DNA of 64,000 nt from Candidatus Komeilibacteria bacterium (GCA_026396575.1 JAPLWM010000007.1:11546-75545); one strand, 5' to 3'. Shown: positions 1-9,854, counted from the first letter of the stretch. Program-made: numbers and translations. Notes: a model not told the origin generated them from the letters alone.

Positions 1-1784
1 GCAACGCTTCATTTTTGGCTTCTTATCTGCTCTTTCATTTATTCATCGCCCTATTGTTTTTAGTGGAAAAAGCCGGTTTAAAATGGAAGTTTTATTACCT
101 GGCGGTTTTTATCGTTGATTTGGCGGTTTTACTGTTAACGGCTACCCGCGGCGCCCAATTGGCCCTATTCGCTTCGGTATTGGTTTTTATTATTTTTGTT
201 TTCGTTTTTAAAATTTGGCGGCAAAAAGCCATCAAGCTTCTTTTAGCCGGCTGTTTATTGCTGGCCGTTTTAATGGCCGTGGCTTTTATTTTTAAAAATA
301 CCGATTTGGTTAAAAATAATTATTGGCTGAGCCGCTTAACCTCTTATTCTTTCAGCGACAATACCGTGCAAACCAGATTGCACGCTTGGCGCTGGGGCTT
401 GGAGGGATTTAGGGATAATTTGCTGGTCGGCGTCGGTCCGGAAAATTTTCAGATTGTTTTTAATAAATATTTTCAGCCGGATTTTTATAATTATTCGGGC
501 AATGAAATTTGGTTTGACCGGGCGCATAATACCCTGGTGGACATGGCTTCAACCATGGGTATCTTCGGCCTGCTTAGTTACTTGGCTATTTTTGGCGCCA
601 TTGGGCTGGCGCTTTATAAATTATTCAAATCAGGCAATCTTTCGGCCTTGTCTTTCTTGATTATTTTCCTTTTATTTTTTTCTTATTTTATTCAAAATCT
701 CCTGGTTTTTGATTCTTTAAACAGCTTGATTGTTTTTTATTTAATTGTCGCTTATCTGGCTTATTTATTGGAAAGAACGGGCCAATTGCCGGGCAATAGC
801 CAGCTTAAACAGAGCCGTTGGCAGGTTAAGCCTTATTTTACCCTGCCTTTGGCCGGCGTTTTATTTTTAGTTTTGTTTTTTACCGTTAATTTGCCGGAAA
901 TCAGGGCTAATAAATACGTTTACAACGCTTATATCGATTCCCAATACGGCCATTACCAGAAATCGGTTCAGGAATACAATCAGGTTCATCAGGTAGCCGT
1001 AAATCGGCTGGATCCGGCTATTTTATTATCTTCTTCTTTAAGCGAGATGATCGGCCAAAATCCTAAAATTGCTGCCGCCGCCGTGGAAGTTGCGGATATA
1101 AAAAAAGCGATCGGCTGGCTGGACGAAGCGATTTCGCTTGATCCGAAAAACATGTTTCTTTATTATTTGCAGACTAAAAATTACATGGCCTTAACCGAGC
1201 TAACGCAGGACGTGAAATATTTGGAAAAAGGCCTGGAATTTGCCGATAAATCAATGGAACTGCGTCCGGGTGAAGTTAGAAATTACTGGGTTTTGGCCCA
1301 GCTTTATCTTTACGGCAGCCAGCCGGAAAAAGCCCTGACTTATCTGGAACAAGCTCAAAAAATGAATGACCGGCTGCCGGAAACATATTTTTATCTTTCC
1401 GTGGTTTATCAAAGCATGGGCAATCAGGAAAAATATTTTAACGAAACCGACCAAATGATTGATCATAATTTTGAATTCTTTTCCGCCGACCAGGTTAAAA
1501 AATTAATTCCTCATTATGACGAGCGGAAAGATTTAAGAAGATTGATTTATTTATATTCTAAATTAACCGGGCTGCAGCCGCAAGAGCCCAATTATTGGCT
1601 GGATTACGTTAATCTGCTGGCCCAGGATAAGCAATATGATCGAGCCTTGAAAGCCCTGCAAGAGGCCGCCGGTGCCATCCCGGCTTTTAGCAGCCGCGCT
1701 TACGGGCGGTATCAGGAAATTTTGCAGTTAAAAGAAACCGGAACAACTGCCGCTGGTAATTTAAGCACCACTACGCCTAATTAA
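1..1784 (+). CDS. O-antigen ligase (Wzy_C/WaaL-like) polytopic membrane domain fused to C-terminal TPR repeats. 5' end truncated by the window edge; the frame is open to position 3.
   Basis: The motif RAHNTLVDMASTMGIFGLL matches the Wzy_C periplasmic loop signature (H-N-x-x-L...E/D-x-G), with multiple TM helices before and after it. The C-terminal 300 aa are TPR-like helical repeats. There is no in-frame stop upstream of the TTG at 15, so the gene starts outside the window. Confidence 0.65.
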   Translation, partial: NASFLASYLLFHLFIALLFLVEKAGLKWKFYYLAVFIVDLAVLLLTATRGAQLALFASVLVFIIFVFVFKIWRQKAIKLLLAGCLLLAVLMAVAFIFKNTDLVKNNYWLSRLTSYSFSDNTVQTRLHAWRWGLEGFRDNLLVGVGPENFQIVFNKYFQPDFYNYSGNEIWFDRAHNTLVDMASTMGIFGLLSYLAIFGAIGLALYKLFKSGNLSALSFLIIFLLFFSYFIQNLLVFDSLNSLIVFYLIVAYLAYLLERTGQLPGNSQLKQSRWQVKPYFTLPLAGVLFLVLFFTVNLPEIRANKYVYNAYIDSQYGHYQKSVQEYNQVHQVAVNRLDPAILLSSSLSEMIGQNPKIAAAAVEVADIKKAIGWLDEAISLDPKNMFLYYLQTKNYMALTELTQDVKYLEKGLEFADKSMELRPGEVRNYWVLAQLYLYGSQPEKALTYLEQAQKMNDRLPETYFYLSVVYQSMGNQEKYFNETDQMIDHNFEFFSADQVKKLIPHYDERKDLRRLIYLYSKLTGLQPQEPNYWLDYVNLLAQDKQYDRALKALQEAAGAIPAFSSRAYGRYQEILQLKETGTTAAGNLSTTTPN

Positions 1785-1794
1785 TAAATTTTTT

Positions 1795-2481
1795 ATGATC
1801 CATTTTAAAAAAATCAAGAAAAAACATCGGTTCATTATTTTAGGCGCGATCGTTTTATTATTGTTAATTGGCGCTGTGATTTTATTTATTAAGCCAAAGG
1901 AAATTTTATCATTGCCGGTTTCCTTGGACGATCAAACTAAACAGACAATTAACCAGAGAATTGCCAAAGATTTGGAAATGCTCAAGCTTTTTCCCAAAGA
2001 TTATAATAACTTCATGGATTTAGGAAATTTGGAAGAACAAATTGGCAATGCCGGCCAGGCAATTGATTATTACCATCAGGCCTGGGAAACGATTCCGGCC
2101 AATAGCACCCCTTGGTTGAATATCGGCAATATTTATATTAAGTTGGGATTGCACGCTAAAGCCGAGCAAGCTTTTTTTGAGGCCAAAAAAGCTAATCCCG
2201 CTTATTATTTCGTTTATTTTAATATCGCCAAGTTGTATGAGGATTATTTGCCGGCCAAGGCGGATCAAATAAGAACTGTTTATTTGGAGGGCTTAAAAAA
2301 TACCAGTAACGATTACCAATTACTGCAGCCTTTTACCGATTATTTAATTGCCATTAAAAATTATTCCGAGGCCTTGGAGTACCTTAATGTGTTGTTTCAA
2401 AAAATTCCGGCGGAAAACAAGCAGGATGTTTTAAACAGAATCAAGGAAGTTGAGGGTTTAATGAAACAGCCGGCAACTTAG
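1795..2481 (+). CDS. TPR-repeat protein with an N-terminal signal-anchor.
   Basis: N-terminal hydrophobic helix (FIILGAIVLLLLIGAVILFI) followed by TPR-like 34-aa repeats (W/LG/Y/A/F/A/P spacing). Confidence 0.55.
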   Translation: MIHFKKIKKKHRFIILGAIVLLLLIGAVILFIKPKEILSLPVSLDDQTKQTINQRIAKDLEMLKLFPKDYNNFMDLGNLEEQIGNAGQAIDYYHQAWETIPANSTPWLNIGNIYIKLGLHAKAEQAFFEAKKANPAYYFVYFNIAKLYEDYLPAKADQIRTVYLEGLKNTSNDYQLLQPFTDYLIAIKNYSEALEYLNVLFQKIPAENKQDVLNRIKEVEGLMKQPAT

Positions 2482-2484
2482 ATT

Positions 2485-4536
2485 ATGATTAAATTTAAAC
2501 TGCGGCTAAAAATTGCTATTTTAAGTTTAGCTTTTTTTGTTTTGTCCGGCAATTTGGCAATGGCGCAGGGAGCGGAAGTTTATCCCAATGACCCTTATTT
2601 AAAACAGCAGAATTATTTGCAACAAATCAACGCTTTGGCCGCTTGGTCCGCCATTAAGGAGAGTCCGGAAATAACGGTGGCGGTAATTGACAGCGGCGTG
2701 GATATTAATCATCCGGATCTGGTTGATAATATCTGGCATAACCCGGATGAAATTCCCGGCGACGGCCTGGATAACGATCATAACGGCTACGTTGACGATA
2801 CGGTGGGCTGGGATTTTATTTTAAACAGCCCGGATCCCAAGCCGAAATTTATCGGCGGGTACTCTAAATTGGGCATTGACCACGGCACGATTGTGGCCGG
2901 AGTAATCGGGGCGACGGGCAATAATAATTTCGGACTGGCCGGCTTATCCTGGAAAATTAAAATTATGCCATTAAGAGTTATGGATGGTAAAGGCATTGGC
3001 CAGACAGACGCGGTTTATCGGGCGATAAAATACGCCATTGATAAAAAAGCGGATATTATCAATTTAAGCATGGTCGGATCGGAATTTGACCCCAAGCTGG
3101 ATCAAGTGATTGCCGAGGCCTACCGGCAAGGCATTATAATCGTGGCGGCGGCCGGCAACGAAACCAACACCGAGGATTTGCAGGACGATTTCAGCTTGAA
3201 TTTGGCTTTGCATCCCCAGTATCCGATTTGCCACGACGGGGGCGAAGGGCATAATTATGTTTTAGGCGTGGGCGCGGTTGACGGTTTAGACCAAAAATCC
3301 CGTTTTTCCAATTATGGCTCCAAATGTTTGGATTTGGTGGCGCCTGGCGAAAGCTTCTTCGGCACTTTGTTTTATGATCCGGCCAAGCCCGATTTTAATA
3401 AATATTTCGGCGGTTATTGGTCCGGCACTTCTTTGGCCGCGCCGCAGGTTTCGGCAGCCGCCGCCCTGGTTAAGGCCTTGCGTCAGTCTTTAACCAACGG
3501 CGAAATTTACGATTTGCTTATAAAAAACAGTGATAATATTGATGCCTCTAACCCAACTTTTCAGGGCCTCTTAGGCGGCGGCCGATTAAATTTGGCCAAA
3601 GTAATGGCCGCGGCGGCAGCAACGCCTAAACAGGGTTTATCATTAATTCTCTCTCCGGCCGGAAAATTCGTTCCCCAGGTATTAACGGTTAATGAATCCG
3701 GCCAAGAACAAGGAAATTTTTTGGCTTACGATAAGAATTTTTTGGGCGGGGTTGATTTGGCTTCAGCCGATCTTAATAACGACGGTCAGAAAGAAATTAT
3801 TACTGGCGCCGGAACCGGCGGCGGGCCGCAAGTGCGGATTTTTAAAAGCGACGGTCAGGTTATAGGGCAGTTTTTTGCTTATGATAAGAAATTTAACGGG
3901 GGCATAAATATAGCCGCCGGCGATCTTGATGGCGACGGAGTCGTGGAAATTATCACCGCGCCTTTGGGCAAACTGGCGTCCCAAATTAAAATTTTTGATT
4001 CCGCGGGAAAATTAAAAAGCCAATTTTTGGCTTACGATAAGAATTTTTTGGGCGGAGTTAATTTGGCTTTAAGCGATATTAATGCAGACGGGATCAAGGA
4101 AATTGTGACTGCGCCCGGGCCTGGTAGCGCGCCGCTGGTTAAAGTTTTCAACGGTTCGGGCAAGTTGCTGGAAAATTTTCTAGCTTATGACAATAATTTT
4201 AAGGGCGGCGTGAAAGTGGCATCGGCTGATCTTTACGGCGATCAAAGAACCGAAATTATTACCGTGCCCGCCGGCAATTTTAAGCCGCAAGTTAGATTAT
4301 TTTCACCGGCCGGGGATATAGATTTACAATGGTTGGCGGCCGCGGCGGATTATTCAGGCGGTTTAAATTTAACAGCCGCGGGTCTTGAAAATAATAGCCC
4401 AGCGCAAATTATTATCAGCCAAAACGCCGGCGGCACCAGTGAAATAAAATTTTTTACGATTTTAGGGCAATTAACCCAAAGCTTCCCGGTTTGGGCAGGC
4501 GTTTATGGCGGCAACATTGATTTAACCGTTAAATGA
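2485..4536 (+). CDS. Secreted subtilisin-like serine protease (peptidase S8) with C-terminal FG-GAP repeats.
   Basis: Signal peptide, then the catalytic triad motifs AVIDSGVD (Asp), HGTIVAGVIGA (His) and GTSLAAPQVSAAAAL (Ser). The C-terminal third carries five or six repeats of FLAYDKNFxGGVxxAxxDxNxDGxxEIxT, which read as FG-GAP / integrin-alpha-like calcium-binding blades. Confidence 0.85.
   Translation: MIKFKLRLKIAILSLAFFVLSGNLAMAQGAEVYPNDPYLKQQNYLQQINALAAWSAIKESPEITVAVIDSGVDINHPDLVDNIWHNPDEIPGDGLDNDHNGYVDDTVGWDFILNSPDPKPKFIGGYSKLGIDHGTIVAGVIGATGNNNFGLAGLSWKIKIMPLRVMDGKGIGQTDAVYRAIKYAIDKKADIINLSMVGSEFDPKLDQVIAEAYRQGIIIVAAAGNETNTEDLQDDFSLNLALHPQYPICHDGGEGHNYVLGVGAVDGLDQKSRFSNYGSKCLDLVAPGESFFGTLFYDPAKPDFNKYFGGYWSGTSLAAPQVSAAAALVKALRQSLTNGEIYDLLIKNSDNIDASNPTFQGLLGGGRLNLAKVMAAAAATPKQGLSLILSPAGKFVPQVLTVNESGQEQGNFLAYDKNFLGGVDLASADLNNDGQKEIITGAGTGGGPQVRIFKSDGQVIGQFFAYDKKFNGGINIAAGDLDGDGVVEIITAPLGKLASQIKIFDSAGKLKSQFLAYDKNFLGGVNLALSDINADGIKEIVTAPGPGSAPLVKVFNGSGKLLENFLAYDNNFKGGVKVASADLYGDQRTEIITVPAGNFKPQVRLFSPAGDIDLQWLAAAADYSGGLNLTAAGLENNSPAQIIISQNAGGTSEIKFFTILGQLTQSFPVWAGVYGGNIDLTVK
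3700..4310 (+). repeat. Coding tandem repeats of about 120 bp (FG-GAP blades) inside the S8 protease gene.
   Basis: The peptide unit FLAYDKNFLGGV..A..DLN.DG..EIIT recurs five to six times in frame. Confidence 0.7.
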
Positions 4537-5018
4537 TTGATAAAATTTTTAACAATTCGGCGCTGCCTAAAGGTTTAATCTTAAGGGTTTTAAACAGATA
4601 TTTTTTCCGCTTCCCAGTTTTAAAACAGTTTATTAAATTTTCCTTGGTGGGCGTGGTCAATACTTTGATCGATTTTTCGATTTTTTTTATTTTAACCAGA
4701 ACCAGCCCATGGTTTAAAGCCAATTATTTAGCGGCTAACGCCATCGGTTTTTCTTTAGCTGTTACCAATAGCTTTTGGTTGAATAAAAAATGGACTTTTC
4801 AAGATCGGAATAAAACCAAGCTAACGAGGCAATATTTGAAATTTTTCGGCTTAAATTTTATGATTTTAATCATTACCGAGATTTGCCTTTATTATTTAAT
4901 TCAACATTTGAACGTTTATGATTTATTGGCTAAAGTTTTAATTGTTTTAATCAGCGTAATTATCAATTTTTTTATCAGCCGAAGCTTTATTTTTCCCAGC
5001 ATGACCCCTTCGGGGTAA
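4533..5018 (+). CDS. gtrA: GtrA-family membrane protein (polysaccharide synthesis / flippase-like).
   Basis: 161 aa with 4 TM helices. It has the FSLVGVVNTLIDF motif and NKKWTFQD, both characteristic of the GtrA family. It overlaps the upstream stop as ATGA. Confidence 0.7.
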   Translation: MIDKIFNNSALPKGLILRVLNRYFFRFPVLKQFIKFSLVGVVNTLIDFSIFFILTRTSPWFKANYLAANAIGFSLAVTNSFWLNKKWTFQDRNKTKLTRQYLKFFGLNFMILIITEICLYYLIQHLNVYDLLAKVLIVLISVIINFFISRSFIFPSMTPSG

Positions 5019-5031
5019 TTCTTAAATTTTC

Positions 5032-5060
5032 TTGCCAAAATTGGCTTTTTTAGTTATAAT
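5032..5060 (+). promoter_or_regulatory. Candidate sigma70-type promoter: TTGCCA, 17 nt spacer, TATAAT.
   Basis: TTGCCA at 5032-5037 and TATAAT at 5055-5060 with a 17 nt spacer, 16 nt upstream of the ATG at 5077. Confidence 0.45.
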
Positions 5061-5076
5061 TTGCTAAGTTCTTCAT

Positions 5077-5802
5077 ATGAATTTAAGCGTAGTCATCCCG
5101 GCTTTTAACGAAGAAAGCTGCTTAGTTTCCACTTTATCTCAAATTTACGGTTACTTTAACAATCGGCCAAATGGACTAGCCCGGTTAGCCGAAGTTATCG
5201 TGGTTGACGACGGTTCAACCGACCAAACGGCTGCGATAGTAAAAAACGCCGGTTTTGCAAATTTAAAGCTTATTTCGCACCGGCAAAATTTGGGCAAAGG
5301 CGCGGCCGTTAAAACGGGGGTAAAGGCCTCAATCGGCGAGGCGGTTTTATTCTTGGATGCCGATTATTCAACGAAAATTGAAGAGTTGGATAATTTTTTG
5401 CCAAAGTTGAATGAGTGTTGGGACATTATTATCGGCTCCCGGGGAATGCCAGATTCGCGAATTTTAAAGAGCCAACCAATATTTAAAGAGCTGCTTGGCA
5501 GATTGGGCAATTTATTGATTCGGTTGTTGGCGGTTCCGGGCGTGGCCGACAGCCAATGCGGCTTTAAGCTGTTTAATCGAAGGTCTTTGGCAATTTTTAA
5601 TCAGCAGACGATCCAGCGGTGGCTGTTTGACGTAGAATTATTGTTTATCGCCAAAAAATATGATTTTAAGATGCTAGAATTGCCCGTGGCTTGGACCAAT
5701 GATCGGTTTTCCAAAGTAAAAAAAAGCGATTATTTAAAAACTTTAATTGAACTTGTTAAAATAAGATTAAATGATTTAAAAGGACTTTATGAAAAAAAAT
5801 AG
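5077..5802 (+). CDS. Family 2 glycosyltransferase, polyprenyl-phosphate sugar transferase type (DPM/GtrB-like).
   Basis: VVIPAFNEE, VVDDGSTD and the DAD motif. At 241 aa it is a soluble catalytic domain only. It sits immediately downstream of gtrA. Confidence 0.75.
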   Translation: MNLSVVIPAFNEESCLVSTLSQIYGYFNNRPNGLARLAEVIVVDDGSTDQTAAIVKNAGFANLKLISHRQNLGKGAAVKTGVKASIGEAVLFLDADYSTKIEELDNFLPKLNECWDIIIGSRGMPDSRILKSQPIFKELLGRLGNLLIRLLAVPGVADSQCGFKLFNRRSLAIFNQQTIQRWLFDVELLFIAKKYDFKMLELPVAWTNDRFSKVKKSDYLKTLIELVKIRLNDLKGLYEKK

Positions 5803-6811
5803 CCAGGGAAGAAAAAATATTTTAATTGTTGGCGGGGCGGGCTTTATCGGCTCGCATTTAGCCGAGGTTTTAATTAAGGATAATAACGTTATCTGTTTGG
5901 ATAATTTTGTTACCAGCAACATGGAAAATATCCGCTGGCTGCTCTCTAACCCTCATTTTGAATTCATTAAGCACGATTTAACCGTAACCCTTAATTTAGC
6001 CGAATTGCCGGAATTGAAAAAATTTCAGCTGCCGGTTTTCGGCCTGCAGGAAATTTACAATTTGGCCTGCCCGACTTCGGCCAAAAATTTCGATAAATTA
6101 ACGGTGGAAACCGCTTTGGCCAATTCGGTTCTGGTAAAGAACGTTCTGGATTTGGCTTTAAAATATAAAGCCAAGCTGCTGCACGCTTCTTCGGCCGTGG
6201 TTTACGGCCCCAGGCAAAGCAACAATTACGTTAAAGAGGATTACCAAGGGCTGGTTAATTTTACCGGTCCCCGAAGCTGTTATGATGAAGGCAAGCGCTT
6301 TGCCGAAAGCTTAATCAGCACTTACCGGCAGTTTTACAAGCAGGATTTTAAAATCGCTAGAATTTTCAGGACCTATGGCCCGCGGCTGGCCTTAAACGAC
6401 GGCCAGATGATTTCCGATTTTATTTTTAACGCTTTGGATAACAAGGATTTGGTAATTTACGGTGACAAGAATTTTTCCACCGCCTTGTGCTATATCGACG
6501 ATCTGGTGGACGGCTTGCTTAAATTGATGGCCAGCTCCATTACCGAACCGGTTAATTTCGGCAGCAACGTTGATACGCTCTTAACCGAGGTGGCGGCTAA
6601 AATCATCAAGTTAACCGGCTCCGGTTCCAAAATCGTTTACCAGCCGAGTTTGGATTTTATCACTTCCTTAACTTTGCCGGATATTACTTTGGCCAAGTCG
6701 CATTTGGGCTGGTATCCTTTGGTCAGCTTGGATAAGGGTTTGGAAAAAACTTTGGAATATACCCGGGCCAATAAACAATTATTAACCAGCATCATTAATC
6801 ATAATAATTAA
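5789..6811 (+). CDS. NAD-dependent epimerase/dehydratase, UDP-glucuronate decarboxylase (UXS)-like paralog.
   Basis: Rossmann motif [10 protein letters not shown], then [18 protein letters not shown] and [10 protein letters not shown], the UXS/ArnA-type signature blocks. The block around the catalytic Tyr is divergent (SSAVVYG). Confidence 0.6.
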   Translation: MKKNSQGRKNILIVGGAGFIGSHLAEVLIKDNNVICLDNFVTSNMENIRWLLSNPHFEFIKHDLTVTLNLAELPELKKFQLPVFGLQEIYNLACPTSAKNFDKLTVETALANSVLVKNVLDLALKYKAKLLHASSAVVYGPRQSNNYVKEDYQGLVNFTGPRSCYDEGKRFAESLISTYRQFYKQDFKIARIFRTYGPRLALNDGQMISDFIFNALDNKDLVIYGDKNFSTALCYIDDLVDGLLKLMASSITEPVNFGSNVDTLLTEVAAKIIKLTGSGSKIVYQPSLDFITSLTLPDITLAKSHLGWYPLVSLDKGLEKTLEYTRANKQLLTSIINHNN

Positions 6812-6824
6812 TTTTAAAGATCAA

Positions 6825-7982
6825 ATGTCCAAATACATTTTTACTTCGGAATCGGTAACCGAAGGCCATCCGGATAAAGTTTGCGACCAAATTTCCGACG
6901 CTATTTTAGACGAATTAATCAAACAGGATCCCGATACTCATGCCGGCATCGAATGTTTGGCTACTACCGGTTTGGTCGTGGTAGCCGGCGAGGTTAGAAC
7001 CAAGGGTTATGCCGACATTGCCGGGCTGGTGCGCAAAACCATCAAGGAAATCGGCTATGACAATTCTTCCAACGGTTTTTCCGGCGATGATTGCGGCGTT
7101 ATCGTGGCTTTGGACGAGCAATCGCCTGATATTGCCCAAGGCGTGGATAAGGGCAAGGGCAAGTTTAAAGAGCAGGGCGCCGGCGACCAGGGCTTGATGT
7201 TCGGCTATGCCTGCCGGGAAACCAAAGAGTTAATGCCTTTGCCGCTGATGTTGGCCCATAAAATGGCCAAGCGTTTGGCCCAAGTGCGCAAAAACGGCAC
7301 TTTAAAATATCTTAGGCCGGATGGTAAAACCGAAGTAGCTGTGGAATATAATAATGGCAAGCCCACCAGAATTGATACGGTGGTAGTGGCGGCCCAGCAT
7401 AACGAAAATGTTTCCGAAGCTAAAGTGGCTAAAGATATCATTAAATACGTAGTTAAGCCGATTGGCGGCAAGTATTTGGACGCCAAAACCAGATATTTTA
7501 TCAATGCTACCGGCAAGTTCATTAAAGGCGGTCCGCCGGCCGATGCCGGCTTAACCGGCCGCAAGATCATCGTGGATACTTACGGCGGGCACGGTTCCCA
7601 TGGCGGCGGCTGTTTTTCCGGCAAAGACCCTTCCAAGGTTGACCGCAGCGCTTCGTATATGGCCCGTTACATTGCCAAAAATATCGTGGCTGCCGGACTG
7701 GCCGATAAGTGCGAAGTTCAGCTGGCTTACGTTATCGGCCGGGCCGAACCGGTAAGCGTTTTGGTGCAAACATTCGGCACCGGCAAACTGCCCAATGAGC
7801 GTTTGGAAAAAATCGTGCGCCAATATTTTCCTTTAAAACCCGCCGGCATTATCAAGCACTTAAAACTGCAGCGCCCGATTTACAAGCAAACCGCGGCATA
7901 CGGCCATTTTGGCAGAACGGAAACGGGCTTTACTTGGGAAAAAACGGATTTGGCGGCCAAATTAAGGAAATATTTAAAGTAA
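6825..7982 (+). CDS. metK: S-adenosylmethionine synthetase.
   Basis: The N-terminus [24 protein letters not shown] carries the hallmark GHPDK motif of MetK. 385 aa. Confidence 0.9.
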   Translation: MSKYIFTSESVTEGHPDKVCDQISDAILDELIKQDPDTHAGIECLATTGLVVVAGEVRTKGYADIAGLVRKTIKEIGYDNSSNGFSGDDCGVIVALDEQSPDIAQGVDKGKGKFKEQGAGDQGLMFGYACRETKELMPLPLMLAHKMAKRLAQVRKNGTLKYLRPDGKTEVAVEYNNGKPTRIDTVVVAAQHNENVSEAKVAKDIIKYVVKPIGGKYLDAKTRYFINATGKFIKGGPPADAGLTGRKIIVDTYGGHGSHGGGCFSGKDPSKVDRSASYMARYIAKNIVAAGLADKCEVQLAYVIGRAEPVSVLVQTFGTGKLPNERLEKIVRQYFPLKPAGIIKHLKLQRPIYKQTAAYGHFGRTETGFTWEKTDLAAKLRKYLK

Positions 7983-7987
7983 AAATT

Positions 7988-8896
7988 ATGAAGATTTTAG
8001 TGACCGGCGGCGCCGGCTTTATCGGCTCGCATCTGGTTGATAAGTTGATTGAAAAAAAACATCAAGTGGCGGTGGTGGATAATCTTTCCACCGGCAAAAG
8101 AAGCTTTGTCAATGCCAAAGCCAAGTTTTATAAAACCAGCGTTACCAATCCCAAATTAAAGGCAATTTTTAACCGGGAAAAACCGGAAATTGTTTTTCAT
8201 TTGGCCGCCCAAAAAAGCGTGCCTTTTTCCCTGACCCATCCTTTGGAAGACGCCACGATTAATATTTGGGGCTCTTTGAAAGTAATTGAAAACTGCCTAA
8301 GGTTGAAAGTGAAGAAATTCATTTTTATGTCCACCGGCGGCGCTATTTACGGCCAAACCCGTTTTTTACCCTGGTCCGAAAGCGCGCCGCAAACTCCGCT
8401 CTCGCCTTACGGCTTAAGCAAGCTTACCGTGGATAATTATTTATTGAATTATTACGGCCCTTTGCGGAAATTGAATTTTATCTGCCTGCGCCCGGCAAAT
8501 GTTTATGGGCCGCGCCAGGATCCCAGCGGCGAAGCCGGGGTCATTGCCATTTTTGTCAATAATTTATTGCATCATAAAAAATGTTATCTTAACGGCACCG
8601 GAGTCGCTACCAGGGATTATATTTATGTTTCCGATATCGTGGAAGCGGCCGTTAAAGTCATTGGCAAGGGCAGGGGAGTTTACAATTTGGGCACCGGCAA
8701 AGAAACTTCGGTAAAATTCTTGTATCATCTAATTGCCGGCTTGATTTCGCCGGTAAAACCGGAATTTCGGCCGGCCATTGCCGGCGAAGTTTTACGCAGC
8801 GCTTTAAAATCGATTAAAGCCAAAAAGGATTTAAGTTGGGAACCGGAAATAGATTTAATTAATGGCATTAAGAAAACCATTGAGTATTTTAAATAG
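7988..8896 (+). CDS. NAD-dependent nucleotide-sugar epimerase (UDP-glucose 4-epimerase family, GalE-like).
   Basis: [16 protein letters not shown] Rossmann fold, YGLSK (YxxxK) and VYGPRQDP. The true start is the ATG at 7988; the upstream extension of the ORF track overlaps metK. Confidence 0.65.
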   Translation: MKILVTGGAGFIGSHLVDKLIEKKHQVAVVDNLSTGKRSFVNAKAKFYKTSVTNPKLKAIFNREKPEIVFHLAAQKSVPFSLTHPLEDATINIWGSLKVIENCLRLKVKKFIFMSTGGAIYGQTRFLPWSESAPQTPLSPYGLSKLTVDNYLLNYYGPLRKLNFICLRPANVYGPRQDPSGEAGVIAIFVNNLLHHKKCYLNGTGVATRDYIYVSDIVEAAVKVIGKGRGVYNLGTGKETSVKFLYHLIAGLISPVKPEFRPAIAGEVLRSALKSIKAKKDLSWEPEIDLINGIKKTIEYFK

Positions 8897-8897
8897 T

Positions 8898-9854
8898 ATG
8901 CGGATATTGGTAACCGGCGGGGCGGGTTTTATCGGCTCGCATTTAATTGATTATTTAATGGCCCAGGGGCATCGGGTAATAGCCGTTGATAATTTTTTAA
9001 GCGGCAAAAAGGCCAATATCGCCCGGCATTTCCACAATCCCAATTTTAAATTTATCAAGCACGATATTTCTTTGCCCTTAAATGCCAAACTTGGCCCGCT
9101 GGATCAGATTTACAATTTGGCCTGTCCGGCTTCACCGCTGCAGTATCAAGTAAATCCTTTAAAAACCTGGCAAACCAATGTTTTCGGCACGGGCTTGATG
9201 CTGGAATTGGCCCGTAAAAATTCCGCTCGCCTGTTGCAGGCCTCCACTTCCGAAGTTTACGGCGACCCCAAGGAACATCCCCAAAAAGAATCCTATTTCG
9301 GCAATGTTAATCCGCTGGGCGATCGCTCTTGCTACGACGAAGGCAAGCGCGCGGCCGAAACGCTTTGCTATATTTATCGCGCCAAGTATAAAACAGACGT
9401 TAAAATCGCCCGGATTTTTAATACTTACGGGCCGAGAATGATTTTCAGCGATGGCCGGGCTTTGCCGAATTTTATCAAGCAGGCCTTAACCAATGAGCCA
9501 TTAACGATTTTTGGCAGCGGCCGGCAAACCCGCAGCTTGATGTACATTGACGATTTAATCTTAGGCTTGGTTAAATTAATGAATCGCCCTAATTTTTTCG
9601 GGCCGGTTAATTTGGGCAATCCCAATCAGGAAATCAATATTTTGGCTTTGGCAAAAAAGACCATCAAACTTTGCCATTCTAAAAGTCAGCTGAAATTTCA
9701 AGCTTTGCCCGAAGATGATCCGATCAAACGAAGGCCGGCGATTGCTTTGGCCAAAAAAACCCTGGGTTGGTCGCCCGGAGTCAGTTTGGAGCAAGGGCTT
9801 AAAGCGACGATCAAGGATTTTAAAGCCCGGCTTAATAATCCAGCGGCAAAATGA
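8898..9854 (+). CDS. uxs: UDP-glucuronate decarboxylase (UDP-xylose synthase).
   Basis: [44 protein letters not shown] and ARIFNTYGPRM give a near-textbook UXS motif set. Start is the ATG at 8898. Confidence 0.8.
   Translation: MRILVTGGAGFIGSHLIDYLMAQGHRVIAVDNFLSGKKANIARHFHNPNFKFIKHDISLPLNAKLGPLDQIYNLACPASPLQYQVNPLKTWQTNVFGTGLMLELARKNSARLLQASTSEVYGDPKEHPQKESYFGNVNPLGDRSCYDEGKRAAETLCYIYRAKYKTDVKIARIFNTYGPRMIFSDGRALPNFIKQALTNEPLTIFGSGRQTRSLMYIDDLILGLVKLMNRPNFFGPVNLGNPNQEINILALAKKTIKLCHSKSQLKFQALPEDDPIKRRPAIALAKKTLGWSPGVSLEQGLKATIKDFKARLNNPAAK

Noticed and set aside
3700-4310. Possible CRISPR array, because of the regularly spaced repeats.
   Set aside because: The repeats are about 120 bp, imperfect, in frame and encode FG-GAP blades. 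There are no short direct repeats with unique spacers and no cas genes. No CRISPR array was found anywhere in the window.
7934-7987. Upstream extensions of several ORFs in the track (7934, 8862, 31211, 55122, 57725, 61796).
   Set aside because: Each extension overlaps the preceding gene. A conserved N-terminus ([10 protein letters not shown] Rossmann, the MurA block, MIIGIDAS, MKKLELTF, MKIGIDAR) begins at an internal ATG, which I used instead.
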